From Octopus sinensis (lineage: Eukaryota), in NCBI RefSeq assembly GCF_006345805.1, contig NW_021835993.1, positions 124,001 through 188,000 on the forward strand: DNA of 64,000 nt. The letters run 5' to 3'. This document shows positions 49,861-63,330 of this stretch, in pieces (within the stretch, counting starts at the first letter, position 1; every line of letters begins with the position of its first letter). The notes under the pieces were generated by a model. The model did no database searches. It was not told the DNA's origin and worked only from the letters and a program-made list of their open reading frames with translations. The translations under genes and the position numbers were made by a program.

Positions 49861-50401
49861 GATAAATAACAAGAATCGGCTTGCGGCATTATTAAAAAAT
49901 TGCATTATTTCAACGTAAAATGGTCGACCGCAAACACGCATGTCCAAGCACGGTCATTGATTAGATAATGAAAGTCGGACCGAAACATCGCTTCCAGACG
50001 CCTGCCACTTCGTACAATCGCCGTGGAGACGAGCGGCGTGATTGGGCCTCAGGAAAAGATGATTTTTCGTCGATCGTGAAGCACATTGGAAAGAAAACCA
50101 ATGACTCTCGGGAAACCAGCTGACTGTACCAGAGGGCATTGATAGCAATCTAGAGAGGTAACTCGCTTGCTTTCCGAAGTGCGGCCACTGCCGAATCCTG
50201 ATTTTCAAAATTAGCGAATAAATTTAATTAATTTCACACAAATAAACTAGTTAAGATAATCTAATCTAATTGCTTTAAACAATTAAAATAAATTAGATAT
50301 GAGTAAAATAAATAAATTTCAATTTCTTTTAATTTGACCGGGCAAAATGAAACAGGCCAATCAGAACAACTTAATGACTCACGGCCAATCAATAAACATG
50401 A

Positions 50402-51272
50402 CTAAACAGACTTTCTATACCTGAAATGTTAATGAAATAAATAATACTTTGAAATAAAAGGATGCTCGATTAACTGGACGGCACTCCACCTTTTAAGTGG
50501 ATCGTTGTCACACATCCTACCAAATATAGAGACGGAATTACATTTTTAACAAATCTTTGGCCTCATCCGAAAAAACATTGGGAGCACAGATCTCTATTTC
50601 GTTCACTTGAATAATGAGTTTTTCCACGGAGTACTGCAAATCCAACTATGATTACAAACCTGAGTAAGAGGGTTCCATCCTCTGAACAAATATTGGGAGA
50701 ATATAATCCCCAAAGAATAAATATCCAACTGAAATGTTGGTGGGGAATACCTTAGGGGTGTATGTCCCACTCCTCTTCCTCCGTTCTGGAGCCATGTAAT
50801 GAAAGGTCGTATTCATCGGCACTTTGGAGATGCCGCTGTGGATGGCACCGGCCGATCCAAAATCTATAATCCTTGGTGACCCATCCAAGGCGAGACAAAT
50901 ATTTCGAGGATTGAGGTCCCCATGAAAATACATTTTATGCTAAAATTAAATAAATAAATAAACAATGCGGATGAGAGCCGACAGCAAGTCTCCGATGACC
51001 AAGGAGGCTCTTCGCTCGAGACTGGCAGGACATGCGTTCTTCACTTCATCGGATTGGAAATATTTGTAGAGATCTAACTGTCAATCATCAAGAAATACCG
51101 TTCTCATAATACTCTGTGATTATTCCCTCACTAACATCTGTATTGAGGATCCTCACGACGTAGGGATGACAGCAGTGGGCCAAAATCCTCATTTCTCTAT
51201 CAAGGGAACTACAACAATATATTATTACATTTTTACTTATAATCCTTATTTATTCGAGTCTTTACACACACG
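50402..51272 (-). pseudogene. Protein kinase, 5'-truncated at the 23.4-kb duplication junction
   Basis: Spliced frame VCVK...LDREMRIL...HPYVV...FHGDLNPRNI...IIDFGSA...YMAPE...DIYSLG...DPLKRWSAVQLIEHPF; no Gly-rich loop or start codon upstream. Confidence 0.8.
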
Positions 51273-52766
51273 GGGATTGACAAAACATATTCGGGAAAGG
51301 GTGGCACATGTGAGGTAACTTTACTAACGTTGTTTTACGGTGTGTTTATTAATAATAGTGTCGGAGAGGCCGACGAATACCTCAAAAGTCGATAAAGTCA
51401 ACTCAAAAATAAGTAATTATTTTTTCATAAAAATATTAGAAATACAATTTCAAAGTTTTTTAGGTCAACTTTGTCAATTTTTGTGTCATTTTTTAATTTT
51501 CCGTCTTAATATTTTTAAAAAATATAAATATCAAATTTTGAGCCGCACCGACTTATTTAATTGTTGTTATGTTTTCTAAGTCGAAAAAATGGTACTTTTT
51601 GTAATAAATAATGAAAAATAATTAAAATCTATTGTTTATACGTCAAGATTTATACATTGACTAAAATTGTAGATTACCCTAAATCCTACTGAAGCATTTG
51701 TATCAGCAAATATTTCCTTGTATGAACTAAGGAATACTGGGTTAATCAATTTTTTCAATACTCAGAATTCAAATGTCGAAATAATGTCAAAATTTTGGTA
51801 GAACGACGTGTCGATGAGATAATCAGCTTGTTAATTAACGAAAAGATGTTCTTATTTGTGAATATATTCTTACTGGGAAAATAACGGATACTCAAATCAA
51901 CTAAACCTTATCCCCTAAAACGGAAACCATATTGATTCGGAGAGCAATGAAATCAATTAAAATAAAGGACTTTTTAATGATTTAAAGGAGATATGGAATA
52001 AATATTCCCCACTCGTTGATGTTCTTAGTGAAATTGACTCGATTTAAAAGAAGATACATGTAAAATAAATGAATATAACGAGAAGAGATTGAACTCGAAT
52101 GAAATTCTAAAAATTGTCAACGGAGATGGAATTTTTTAGCCTTTGGAAAAGTTTAAACTACTCCAGTGTCAGGCTACTGGGAGTTCGGTGGAGCCCTTGT
52201 TTTAAGTTTTTCATACAATTTTGGCCAAAGACCTAAATTTTAAAACTGAAAAAGTCAAATATTATATGATTGTATATAATTGTTGTTTCTAGAAAAAATT
52301 ATTGCTTAAAATTTATCTGTAAAACTTCTTTTTATGATCAAACTGAGTGACATCCTGGGTAATGTCCCAGGACTGTGCGTCGACTGTTCGGAGTTGTTGA
52401 ACTACCACCGAAAGTCAAGGAGGAACCCGCCAGTGAGCCAGACCAGGTGAAGGCCGCCGAGGAAACATTTTGGTCAACTTTCCTCTTTTTGAATCAATTT
52501 TGTTGACTTAATGGAGGTCAATTTTTGCTTTTCTGGACAACTTTGTGGTTGCCCTACTTATAAAATTTGAGCTAAAATGTTGTGTGATTCATTACCAAGT
52601 CAAATAAACAGGTGAACCAACCTAACCTAAGACAGAGGGACGGTTTTCCCGTGTGGTTGTGACCAAGAGTGATAGCGAGGGTTATCAACTGGACTGATAT
52701 ATCAACCACTTTTTGATAGCCCGGGGGTGACGCCATTAGTAAAATTAAAGTCCAATTAGTAATAGT

Positions 52767-54747
52767 TTAATTTCCACTGAAATGTGTGGAAATGTCCCTG
52801 AAGCATCTGGAAATCTTGTGGAGAATATGAATTGCCGAGTCGAGAGATTCAATGTTTTTGGAGGCAATCATTTTGTTGACCAGTTGCCCAAACGCTCGAA
52901 TTTCTAAAATAGGAAGGACTGGAGAACGGGAGGCGGCGATGGACATATCCGTGGTTATCCCCGAGTTCTCCTGCTCAGTGTAATTGACGAACTCTCCAAT
53001 CAGTGATAAACAGCAGTTTGCTCGCTGGTAGGCATATCCACAAGTCTTGATGACTGCGATGGGCGAGTCTCTTTTCTCGAAATGACGTGTCACCTCCTCC
53101 AACTGTGAGGCTGCGACTAAATCTGGGAGGCCAACCACAGACGGACAGGAACTGGGCAAAGTCGAGAGCGTCGAGTCCCAGGGTAACTGAATAGCGGAAT
53201 TGGTTTCGCCAGAGTTGTACTGCTTTGGTCATTTCCTCTGATTTGCCACAAGACAGGACATTCTCCATGAGGACTTCCAACGAGCCAATGGACCGAATCA
53301 GTTTGAGGGCGACTGGGAGTGAGGACAGGTGGCCAACCGTCCTTCTTTGTGCTGGTGATGGCCAGGAAGTAGAGGGCGTTGAGGAGTTCTTTATTGAGAA
53401 GTCTGACAGAAGTGGATTGTGAGTCCCAGTCTTCTTCCTACCATCCAAACACACCACCACCGATTTCAACAACTGGTCGACTTGTTCCACTGGCTGGGGA
53501 ATGCGGAAGACCAGGTCCACCATTTTGTGGCAGGTAAGGAGTGAGAGGTTGTCGCGGAGTGTGGAGAAGAGGGTGTAGAGGGTGTTGAGGGACTTGATGC
53601 TGGGGGTGAGGACGAGAGCCAACCTGATGAACTCGTCCTTGGCCTGGAGAGAGGAGTAGGTGGAGGACTTGACGACCTGCGTGATTGAATAATGGCACTT
53701 GTTGGCATGTGTGGAGAATAGTCAGTCTGAGTGTGTCATCTGTGCACTGACTGGTCATGAAGATGGTGATGGGGACTGTCCGCTCGATTATTTCCCGTAG
53801 TTGGAGTGACTTGACCATGTAGGACGCCGACTCGTTCATGGAGACAATCTCCCTCAACTGCAGTCAGCCACTCACCCCACCTTTTCGTGACACTGACTGA
53901 AGATGGCCGCATTCCGTGGACAGTAGTCGTTGTAGTAGTGCTTGTGCTTGTACGACAGGGCCAACTGTCGCAGATTCTTCTTCATTTTGGCCAATATCAA
54001 ATCCACGTGACCCTGACATGTCGGACGAGTATTACTTGACATGTGTCGTCGAAAGGGGATAGGGTTGTGTAGTTGGACACACTGTTCATCAGTTGGATGA
54101 TTCCCGCCAGAATATTTGATATTTTGGCAGACTGGTTGATCGAGAGGAGTTCTTTCTGTCGAGTCTCGGCGTCCCGAATGACCTGCATGATCATTCCCTT
54201 GAATTCCTAGACGTCGCCCAAGTCCCTTGCCTCGAAGGACGCCCTGCAGAACTTGCCCCCCAACAGACTCCGCTGAATGAGTGCCGAACTGTGAGCACAG
54301 CGCAGTGCAAACACTCTGCACTTCTTGTCGTCCATCAACAGGAGGATCTACCAATCACGACACCCCAACGTGTGATATCGATATTACAATCTTCTTGTTT
54401 ATCTCAAACAGTCTTCCAATGTCCAACTCCGACGTGTTCGTGGACAGTCCCTCCAACAGGGAGTCCAATATTCGGCATGCCTTCGACGTCTCCTCTGCCA
54501 GAATCTGCGAATGACCCATATGGACGACCGGGTCTGCTTTCGAGGTGTCGACAAGTGCGATTTCGGTTATTTTTTTAGCCGACTGGATGATGGAGTAGAA
54601 AGCCGATGCCTCTGTGCCTGCTTTTCCGCTTTTGCTGTCAAAAGTCTTGATCCAGAATTCGCACATCTGGAATGTTGGATTAAATACTTTCATATAAATT
54701 GGGTCGACAATTTTTTGGAGGGTCTTCAGTTCGTAGCCGCAGTCCAT
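52767..54747 (-). CDS. Vinculin/alpha-catenin family protein, copy 3
   Basis: Duplicate; its 1-nt deletion near 54362 lies inside an intron. Confidence 0.65.
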
Positions 54748-55449
54748 TGCTCTACATTGGAGTAGTCAGGGGAGGAGGGCAGCCAGTAAAATAATATATT
54801 TGCAGCATTTAAACATACCCGATTACCAAGTTCTGAGTTTAAATAAATGTATTTCATTTTGGGCCATATAAATAATTAACTAACAAATTAAATAAATATA
54901 AATTAACAAATAAATGTTCCATAATCCTTGTTTATAGCAGCTCGTGATGTATTAGCTTAAAGTAAATAGGATCAGAGCAAAGGAGACCTGAATGTAGAGA
55001 GAATTCAACTTTGGAGTAGTTGGTCTATTCTCAACCATCGTCATGGATACAGAAAATCGAATTTGACAAGGTGGCGAGTGCACTACTATTCAGAGAGAGA
55101 ACAATGGCGAGTATTTGCTCGTCCAGCAGCCTTAAATAGTCCCCCACTTATTCGATTGATTGGGAGAGGAGTGTTCTAAATAGCGGGGTTTTATTTCTAT
55201 AAAGTAGGGCATGTATGCGGAAAGTTGCGGGGTGGAGTTGGCCTGTTCTGTTCTCGCATAGATCATTGGCATATTCGTGAATAATCAGCTAATTGGGTTC
55301 GTCAACAGAAACCCCTCAACAGCCACCACAAGACCAGTCCTCCGGCAATCTGAGGACTAACTAAATCAAGGAAACTAGCCAATCCCCCTAATGGTACCCC
55401 AAAGTAGTACTCGACATGCTTAACATCTCGGATTATATATTAGAATTTG

Positions 55450-56077
55450 TTATTTTCTTAAAGATTTAATAAAATTGGAGATTTTCTTTTCGCCCATTTT
55501 TATGTCGTTGGCGACAGTGCCCAGCACGCCGGCCTATGAATGCAGCAGACGACCAACCTCCGACTTTTCTGCCTTGTCGTTGTCGGCGATCCTTTTGAGG
55601 ATTTCAGTTTTGGATATCTCGAGGACGAGTCCGCCCATTACAATTTCGTTGAGAACTTGATGGACCTGCCAATGAGACACAAGCGAGGACAGTATCGACG
55701 TGGAAGACCAAGTCGAGTTCACACACATTGGTGAAGAGGGCGTCCAGAATTTCGACAAACACTTGAATTAGGTCGATTATGGCGAGAGGGCTTTCGAGTG
55801 AGTCAATGTAGAACACAAAGTGGAGAGTGGCATATGTCCTGTACACCAGAATGCCGTCCTTGCCGCACAGTCTGGCAATGAGAGAGCACTTACTTTCCCC
55901 CCTCCACGAACGAGCAGTCCTCGGGAGTCCGGCCAGTGATGAGTATGTACGTGTCCTCTACTAACTCCCGCTGTTCTCGCTCAGACTGGCTAATCAGTGC
56001 ATGTTTACGTAGTGCTCGTAGAATTTGGTCAGACGAGGTTTCCCACTTCGGTTGAACACGAGAACTGCCTTAATCAT
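55450..56077 (-). CDS. AP3S1: AP-3 sigma, copy 3
   Basis: Duplicate of 13311-13938. Confidence 0.92.
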
Positions 56078-56165
56078 TCGACTAATTAATTCTATTTTAT
56101 TCAAACAGTCCTTTAATACATTGTTCAAAAATACACTACAATCCAATATAAAGACATTAGCGGTT

Positions 56166-58108
56166 ATGAGTGAACATGTCGGCTTTTGGGTGAATTTCAC
56201 GAAATATAACATCCACTTGGTCAGACTGATTGCCAAAGGTAGCCGCCGTATTTCAGTCCAGGCGCATTCGGACTAATCTACTTGGGAGTAGACGTCCGAA
56301 CCAAGTCGAAATATGTGGTCAAGAAACTGGTCAAGGGCGATAAAATGCGAGTCGAAAATGAAATCAGAATTCAAGTAGTCGTGGTAGAATAACACCTGAG
56401 AGTTTGTTCAACAAGTGCGACAACATTGTCCATCTCATCACGTGGAATCAAATCCACATCCTCGGGGAAACTCACTTTAATTTGCTGATGGATTTTTGCC
56501 AGGGTCTCACTTTGATGGCATTGAAGGCGGCTCCCTCCACGACTACTTTGCCAAGCCCAGAAAACTCAGTCACCTCGAAATTTACTACATTTTCATCTCC
56601 GTTCTGAAAGCGCTGGAGAAACTCCACTGCATGGACCCGCCGATCATACACCGAGACCTCAAGGTGACTGACCCTTTATAAGACAGCTCGAAAACATTAT
56701 GGTCGCGAACGGACGTGTCAAACTGGGAGACTTTGGCAGTGCAACCACCAACGTTTACAGACCCTCTGCAAACTGGACAGAAGAGGAACTAAAGGGACTC
56801 GAGAGAGAAGTAGAAACAGCCTATAAGTCTAGATCAAGTGCTGCACCACTCCCTGCTATCGGTCCCCAGAAATGGTGGACGTCCGACTATTCCTGGAATT
56901 GGGACTGGGACAGGACATTTGGGTATTCGCTCGGCCAAACTCAGGCTCTCGGATGTCTCCTGTACTTCCTGTGCTTTTCCTCGCTCCCCTTCGACATTTA
57001 TTCCGCTCGACGAATCCTCAACTTGGAATACGACTTGCCTCCCTCCAGACACCCGACATGTCTCACATTACTCATAAGTTCTCATGTGCTCGCTCACCCT
57101 AGAACACATTTTTGTCCTCAATCCCCAACAAAGGCCCACCGTGACTGATATCCTGACAAAACTAGTCGCGTCGGCCAACGCTTTCAAATTCAATCTTTGG
57201 AAGCCCCCTTCCTCTCTTTTCAGTGGGGTCTCGCGGAATTCCGATCTGATCTCCAAAATGGTTGACGACAAGCCGTCTCATCGGTGCGGCCACATTGCCC
57301 TGACGTCGAGAGTGCACGGTTATGCTGACATGCTCAACTGCAGCATATTTTACTTGGTGCAAAATAGGGGACAAACATCTGTCGAACATACTCACGTCGT
57401 GCATTAGTCAGGGAATACTTAACCCCTGCATTTCCGACCTGTGCATTATCAACATGACAGGACACACACTCGACACACCTCTCAGGATAAAGGTCCACTC
57501 ACCCTACACACATTTTAGATCGTTCAAGTTCTCTTCAAATCACATCAATTCCACTCGATCGAGTTGGTGTTGAAACACTTGTCGGTGGTGCTCGAAGTGC
57601 TTTCTTCTGGGAAGACGACACTGTTTATATCGAAGGTGGTGCCTGCTCATATAGACTAGCCCGACGACTCCACCATCCACTTCTTCTTTGTGCTGATTCT
57701 GCTTTCTTCAAAGATTTTCACAGATTTGAAGGAATGTGAAAAATACCTGAATTCTAATAATTTCCAATCTCTTTTGTCACCTGCCGAAAAAGAGTACCCC
57801 ACCTAAACATCCCCAGACAAATAACTGCACTGACCAACCAAGTCCTATATGTCAATAATTTGTCGAGCAAGTCCCTTTTTATTTGTCCGTTGGACGTTGC
57901 CTGTCTGGAAGAATTGAGGGACTTGGAGCACCGGCACGGTAATCAGCTTTCTCGTATTCAGATGTGTCGTCGAATGTTCGGGATCTGATTGGGAAGAGAA
58001 CAAACAGCATTGGTGATACAACACAAAATGGACCTGACGACAAAACATTCGATGATTTCCCAATTTGTAGAAATTATTTGTATATTTTTAGTTAACACTG
58101 ATTTCTGA
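56166..58108 (+). CDS. GAK: GAK-like kinase, copy 3 (apparently intact)
   Basis: Duplicate with the QDIWALGC frame intact. Confidence 0.75.
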
Positions 58109-58999
58109 ACAGTGTTCTTTTGATGTTTATTTAGTAGTTCTAATTACAGAAAAGACTTTTACAGATTAGATTCGACTCACTGTCCAAACATGTAAACCGA
58201 CTTCAAAGTCACGCCTTCTGTCAAACGGGGTTCCGGAAGGTTCCTCTCTCTCGCTCACCCTGTTTAATTTTTTCATCGCTGATCTGCCTGTACCAGATAA
58301 TAAAAACAACATCCTGATTTCCTGCGCCGACGAAATTGTCATTGCTTTAAAGACTGGTACATCCTGGCTGCTTCATCAACGCTACATTAAATAACTGGAC
58401 CACTGCTAACCGCCTATTAAAATGTCTAAAAAATCGGAGATCTCCCTCTTCATCTCGGATAAAAGAGTTCGGAAGAAATCATTGCATCTTACACTGGATA
58501 ACAATAAAATTCTTTTTGCAGTGGATGGATCCGAAAGGTTATGTTTGATACTCACACATGCTTTTTTCATTTCGTTTCTAGTAAAGACCATCATCTCTGA
58601 AAATACTTGTAGTTTCGAGAATTCACATAATTGATCCATTTGTCTGATGAGAAGGATAAATGTAGCATTTCTGGACCTCAACACAGTGCATTACTTCTAC
58701 GAAGTAACATAAGTGAATTAACAACTGAATTTCAGACGAGGAGTAGCCAATGTCCAGAAACTATCAATCTGAAATCATTGGAAAACTATTTTGGTTGGTT
58801 AGAAAGTAACTAAATCGGTGTTTATAAGGAATTTCCATCGTCTGAAGTGAATAAGGAACTGGCCGACACTTTTGTGGAGTTAGTTTTGAAATCTGCCAGA
58901 GTTCTCAGAAGTCATCGAAGAAAGACGGAGATTGTGGGGACAAATGAAGCAAAAGTGTCAAAAAGGATTTGTAGTTTGACTTTTCCGTATTTGAGTGAA

Positions 59000-59496
59000 T
59001 ATAGTCGAATTACGACAAAAAAATAGTCGAATTACAAATTTCTTCTTGTTGCCTTGCAAATTCTTCTGACAAATCCTTCACGGATCCTTCCAAAGCTCAC
59101 AGCAAAAGAGTGGACTCACTGGAATTATGGTGCTGGCGCAAACTTTTGAACATAAATCGGTACGACAAAGTGTCAAATGTCGTTGTTCTCGAAAGGATTA
59201 AACCTACACTGTCGCTTGTGGCGAAAGTTTGGAAGAAACAATTATCATATTTGGGGCACGTGCTTCGGGAGAATGGTATAGGAAAAGAAATCCTGCTGTC
59301 TTCGTTCGCTGGAAAAAGGAAACAGGGTAGACCGAAACTAAACTGGACATCTGAAGTAGTGAAACTTACTGGACATCATTTGTCGGAAATAGCAGAGCTG
59401 GTGGGGGATAGAGTTTCGTGGAGGGACCTGTCTTACAGAATCGCCAATGGCCGGAATGGCTGAATATGGCTTAACTTTAACTTTATAGTCGAATTA
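59000..59496 (+). mobile_element. 5'-truncated RTE LINE insertion, undeleted allele, with target-site duplication
   Basis: ELWCWRK...LSYLGHVLRENGIGKEILLSSFAGKRKQGRPKLNW; tail TAACTTTAACTT; TATAGTCGAATTA at 59000-59012 and 59484-59496. Confidence 0.88.
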
Positions 59497-60290
59497 ATAC
59501 GGTCGATTTACACTCACTAATGGTTGATTAAATTATGATTATAAACCAACAGCCCCTCACAGTGAAATGCGTAAAGAAATCGCCATTTGTATAGCTGATT
59601 CGTATCTTTCGTTAAATATTTTGCTGAACAGCCTGATGACCTACTGGGTTGAAACCAATAATAGCGAGAACTACGGAATGTACATGCAAGGAATATATTC
59701 GTCGAATTATTTTAGAAATGAACGACCAAACATACTTTTTCGAACAATTTCCAAATGAGACGTGGAGAAGTTGCGTCGGCACGATGAATTGGATGAATGT
59801 GACCAATCTGGGCCTCTCAATTTCCACTTTTGCTTTGATGTTCGGAAATAAATTCCCAGCTGTGGTGTTCGTCGGGCATATAATCTGCGGTCGTAGAGTA
59901 CAGTTGATAAATAGATATTGTGAACATATTAGCCGGAGGAGTGTTCGTCCGAAATGGAATAGTCGAGTACTGTCATCAGTTGTGGAGTACAACCAAGATA
60001 CCTGTAGTCTGTACCATCCGGGAAGGGCTTTCATACCACATTGGATTGTCCTTTCTCCACATTTTGTACTGCGCAATAGTCATGTTCCACTATACTTGCA
60101 AAAGACCTCACAAAGGATGAAAACGCCCCTAATCACCATTTTAACTGAAATTGTGTTCATTTCCCACATGTAACGCCACAATTCATAAAATTAAACGATA
60201 TCGGTAAGATAGTCTCACACACAACGTAATATTCCTAACGAGCAACAACAAAACATAGCCAAAATGATAACGGAAATTAATTTATGTCGA

Positions 60291-61136
60291 CTAAATCTGC
60301 CTGCGAGGACTACTGGGGTCATAAGCAATCAAAACTTACTCTGCACGACCATAACTTGCATTCCTCCTACGAATATATCAAATACACAGAGAATACACAT
60401 ATCCCCCATCACTGCAATTAAACAACAACCACCAACCGACTTGGCGAATCACGGACTTTCCTCTCACTTCGGTCATACCATCTACAATAGAGAACTTGAA
60501 TAACCTGAAATCACCACGGAACTGCCTCTCTGCTGATCTAAGACACACCAATTCATTATTTAGGAAGGAAACGCTAATATGGCACAGCAGACAACCTCCA
60601 CCCCCCACAGTCGCGAGCAAAGTGTCCCCGATTGCCACAATTATAACACCGCATGTCCAATCCGGGCTTCCCCCTCCCCTTCGTCCGCGGTTTGGCCACA
60701 GTCACTCGAATTCGACTCGACTTGATGACTCTGCACATATTCAGACAATACTCACGCCCCGTCCAGACTGATCATTGCTTCCGTCGCGTCCTCGTCCGTC
60801 CGGAAAATGACGAATCCAAAACACGGAGGGGACTTGGCCACCCAAACGTCTTCCACATCTCCGTACACTTTGAAGGCAGTTATTAAATCCTTTTCTGTTA
60901 TTTCCGGGCCGAGGTCGCCGATGTGGAGACGGTTTTGCGGATCTTCCTGAGGGAGGTCCTGAAACCGTTCCTTGCTGGTCGAACGACTGCGATTTGTCCG
61001 TCTTCGTCCGCTCTCTTCGTACCAGACTGGGGAACACCCGTGCTTTCGGGTTGAATTAGACTTGGATTGCTGAGGAGATACAGGGGGTGACATTATCACT
61101 AATATGTTGTGTAATTAGACCACCTTCATCCACCAT
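60291..61136 (-). CDS. SRSF7: SRSF7-like protein, copy 2
   Basis: Duplicate of 36859-37704; the two changes in the RNP1 codons (GGT TTT vs GGA TTC) are synonymous. Confidence 0.75.
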
Positions 61137-61375
61137 GACAAAATGTTTCTTGGATATTTAAATTAATTTATTAATTAACAAAATTAAGTATCAATGTTTA
61201 AAATAATTGTTTTATAAAATCTCCACCCAGATTCTGTAGGCATCTCCAGCGTTTCCGACCGTCTTGAAGACTCCCCTTACCTTCTTAAACCATCGCATCG
61301 AAGCCAATTACTGTATTTTAAATGGTGAATTTATAAACGAGCAGTTGCCTAGAAACGTAATCAAGCCAAGACGAC

Positions 61376-62564
61376 ATGGCTACAGAATCCTACGACACAG
61401 ATCTGGAGAACATGAACGGTACACTTTTTGTTACATTTTAGGCAGCCAGTCTGAGGAGGGCAGAGAGGAAATGGAACCCGAGGGAGAGGAGGAAGAAGAC
61501 GTATGACTGTACTCTGACTGATAGACTGAGGCCGTCCCTCTGTCCCCCTCCATTCTGGGAGAGGGCCTTTCCCTCATCAACAAAGTGTCCGACGGGTTCG
61601 CCCATGCCTATGTCCGCTTGTCACTCAGAGAGAGGTCACCCACTCACTGACTTGTAGGAGTCTGAATAACTTGGAGGGCATTCAGGGGTTCATCCACCTT
61701 CGATTCGTCGACCTTTCGAATAACTACATCAAAAGTCTGCAGCCGTTAGAGAATCTGACCACTCTGCTTGTCCTCAACTGCGACAACAACAAAATCACAT
61801 CCATCGATCTGCCACCACTCCAATTCCTGCAAATCCTCAGTCTCAGCAACAACAGAATCAAGTCGACAGAGGGACTGAACTTCCCCCTCTTAGAACAACT
61901 AATACTCAACGGTAGCTCGTCGAATGTAGTCCAGACAACGACATCACGGAGATTAGAGGACTGGACCCCACCATTTTCTCGAGTCTCCACTCCCTCGAAC
62001 TGAGAGGAAACAAAATTGCATCGACCGGAGGAATCAATCTCCCGAACTTGAGGAATCTGTACTTGGTATTTGAAGGGTTCCAATGTAGGCTGCCAACAGA
62101 CTGACTGACCTGACCGACGTGGATTGTCTTTCCAGTTTGCAGACCCTCCATCTGAGGGACAACAGTCAACTGAGCAACTTGAATGGATTGTCGGGGTCAC
62201 TCTCTTCTCTCCATACCCTCAATTTGCGGTTTGCTCGAATGTTCATGTCAGATCGACTGACGTGTCCACTTTCGCAGAAATAGTCAAATTGGAACAGCTT
62301 AGAGCACTAAAAAAACTAACGCTTAGCGGTACCCCAAACTTGTTTATTTTCAGAGACCCCAATCGCAAGCGAGCCTACTTACCGTGCGGAAGTCCTCTCC
62401 TACATCAAGAGTCTTGCGACGTTGGACAAAGACAATATAACCGAGGACGAGGTTTTGGAAGCCCAGGAAATCAGGAATCTGAGAATGGAGGAGGACGCTC
62501 TCTCAGAAGTCATAATATTTCTTTATTTAGTTAGACCGAGCCACCTAAGGACATTGAGGCATGA
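61376..62564 (+). CDS. LRRC23: LRRC23, copy 2
   Basis: Duplicate of 37957-39148 with a 3-nt indel in the acidic tract. Confidence 0.85.
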
Positions 62565-63330
62565 CACATTCTCAAATCAAACTAACACGTTTTAAAGTAA
62601 TAAAATTAGTTCAGTTGAGGAGAGTCCCCTTTTGAAGAAAGGAAACGTTCTCCTTCAATTAGTAGTGGCCCACACTTGGTCATAAACAGGTCAATTAATT
62701 AGTCTTTTGATGAGACAAATCAAAGCATTTGTTTACACTTGTATTATATTGTTCAGATTAAGGTTATTTATGATTGTTCTAATTATTCGAGTTGTTCTTA
62801 GAATTAATTTGAATTGACGTTAATTTATTTGTTGGAATAATATATAATGACTCATAAAAATGGATCAGCTAATAAAATTAATGCAAATTCCATTAATTAT
62901 ACATTTTAATTATGTGTCGATCTTTGTAATTACAATTTGAGATTTGCTGTAGGTCAGGTGATAAAGAGACCATTTTCTGGCACATTGGTTTCGTGACATT
63001 GTGAATTTATCGCCCAATTATGGTTGTCTAGCAATACCCAAAACAATGCCCGAATTTTATAATATCAAGGAATCGAGCCGTCAATCAGTCTGCTTCCGCA
63101 AACCGCATGGGAGTTACTGAATATTGGTTTATGGTTTCGATTTGGCAAAAGCAACCCTCATTTGAGGAGAGAAGCGGAAGGCATCAATTCATGATTAATT
63201 GGAAACATTTCAAAGAAAACTCGCATTGTCGTGCTGTCAATACATTGCCATTGGCGTTAATTGCGTTTCTCGCTTTCGAATAAGCACTCTGCGCGTTCGC
63301 GTGATTTGAATATTGTTTTTTCTTCCTCTC

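Noticed and set aside
49920-50210. Small plus-strand gene divergent from SLC16 (ATG at 49920 or 49940)
   Set aside because: Position and intron-like segments fit a gene, but no unique frame or family could be established.
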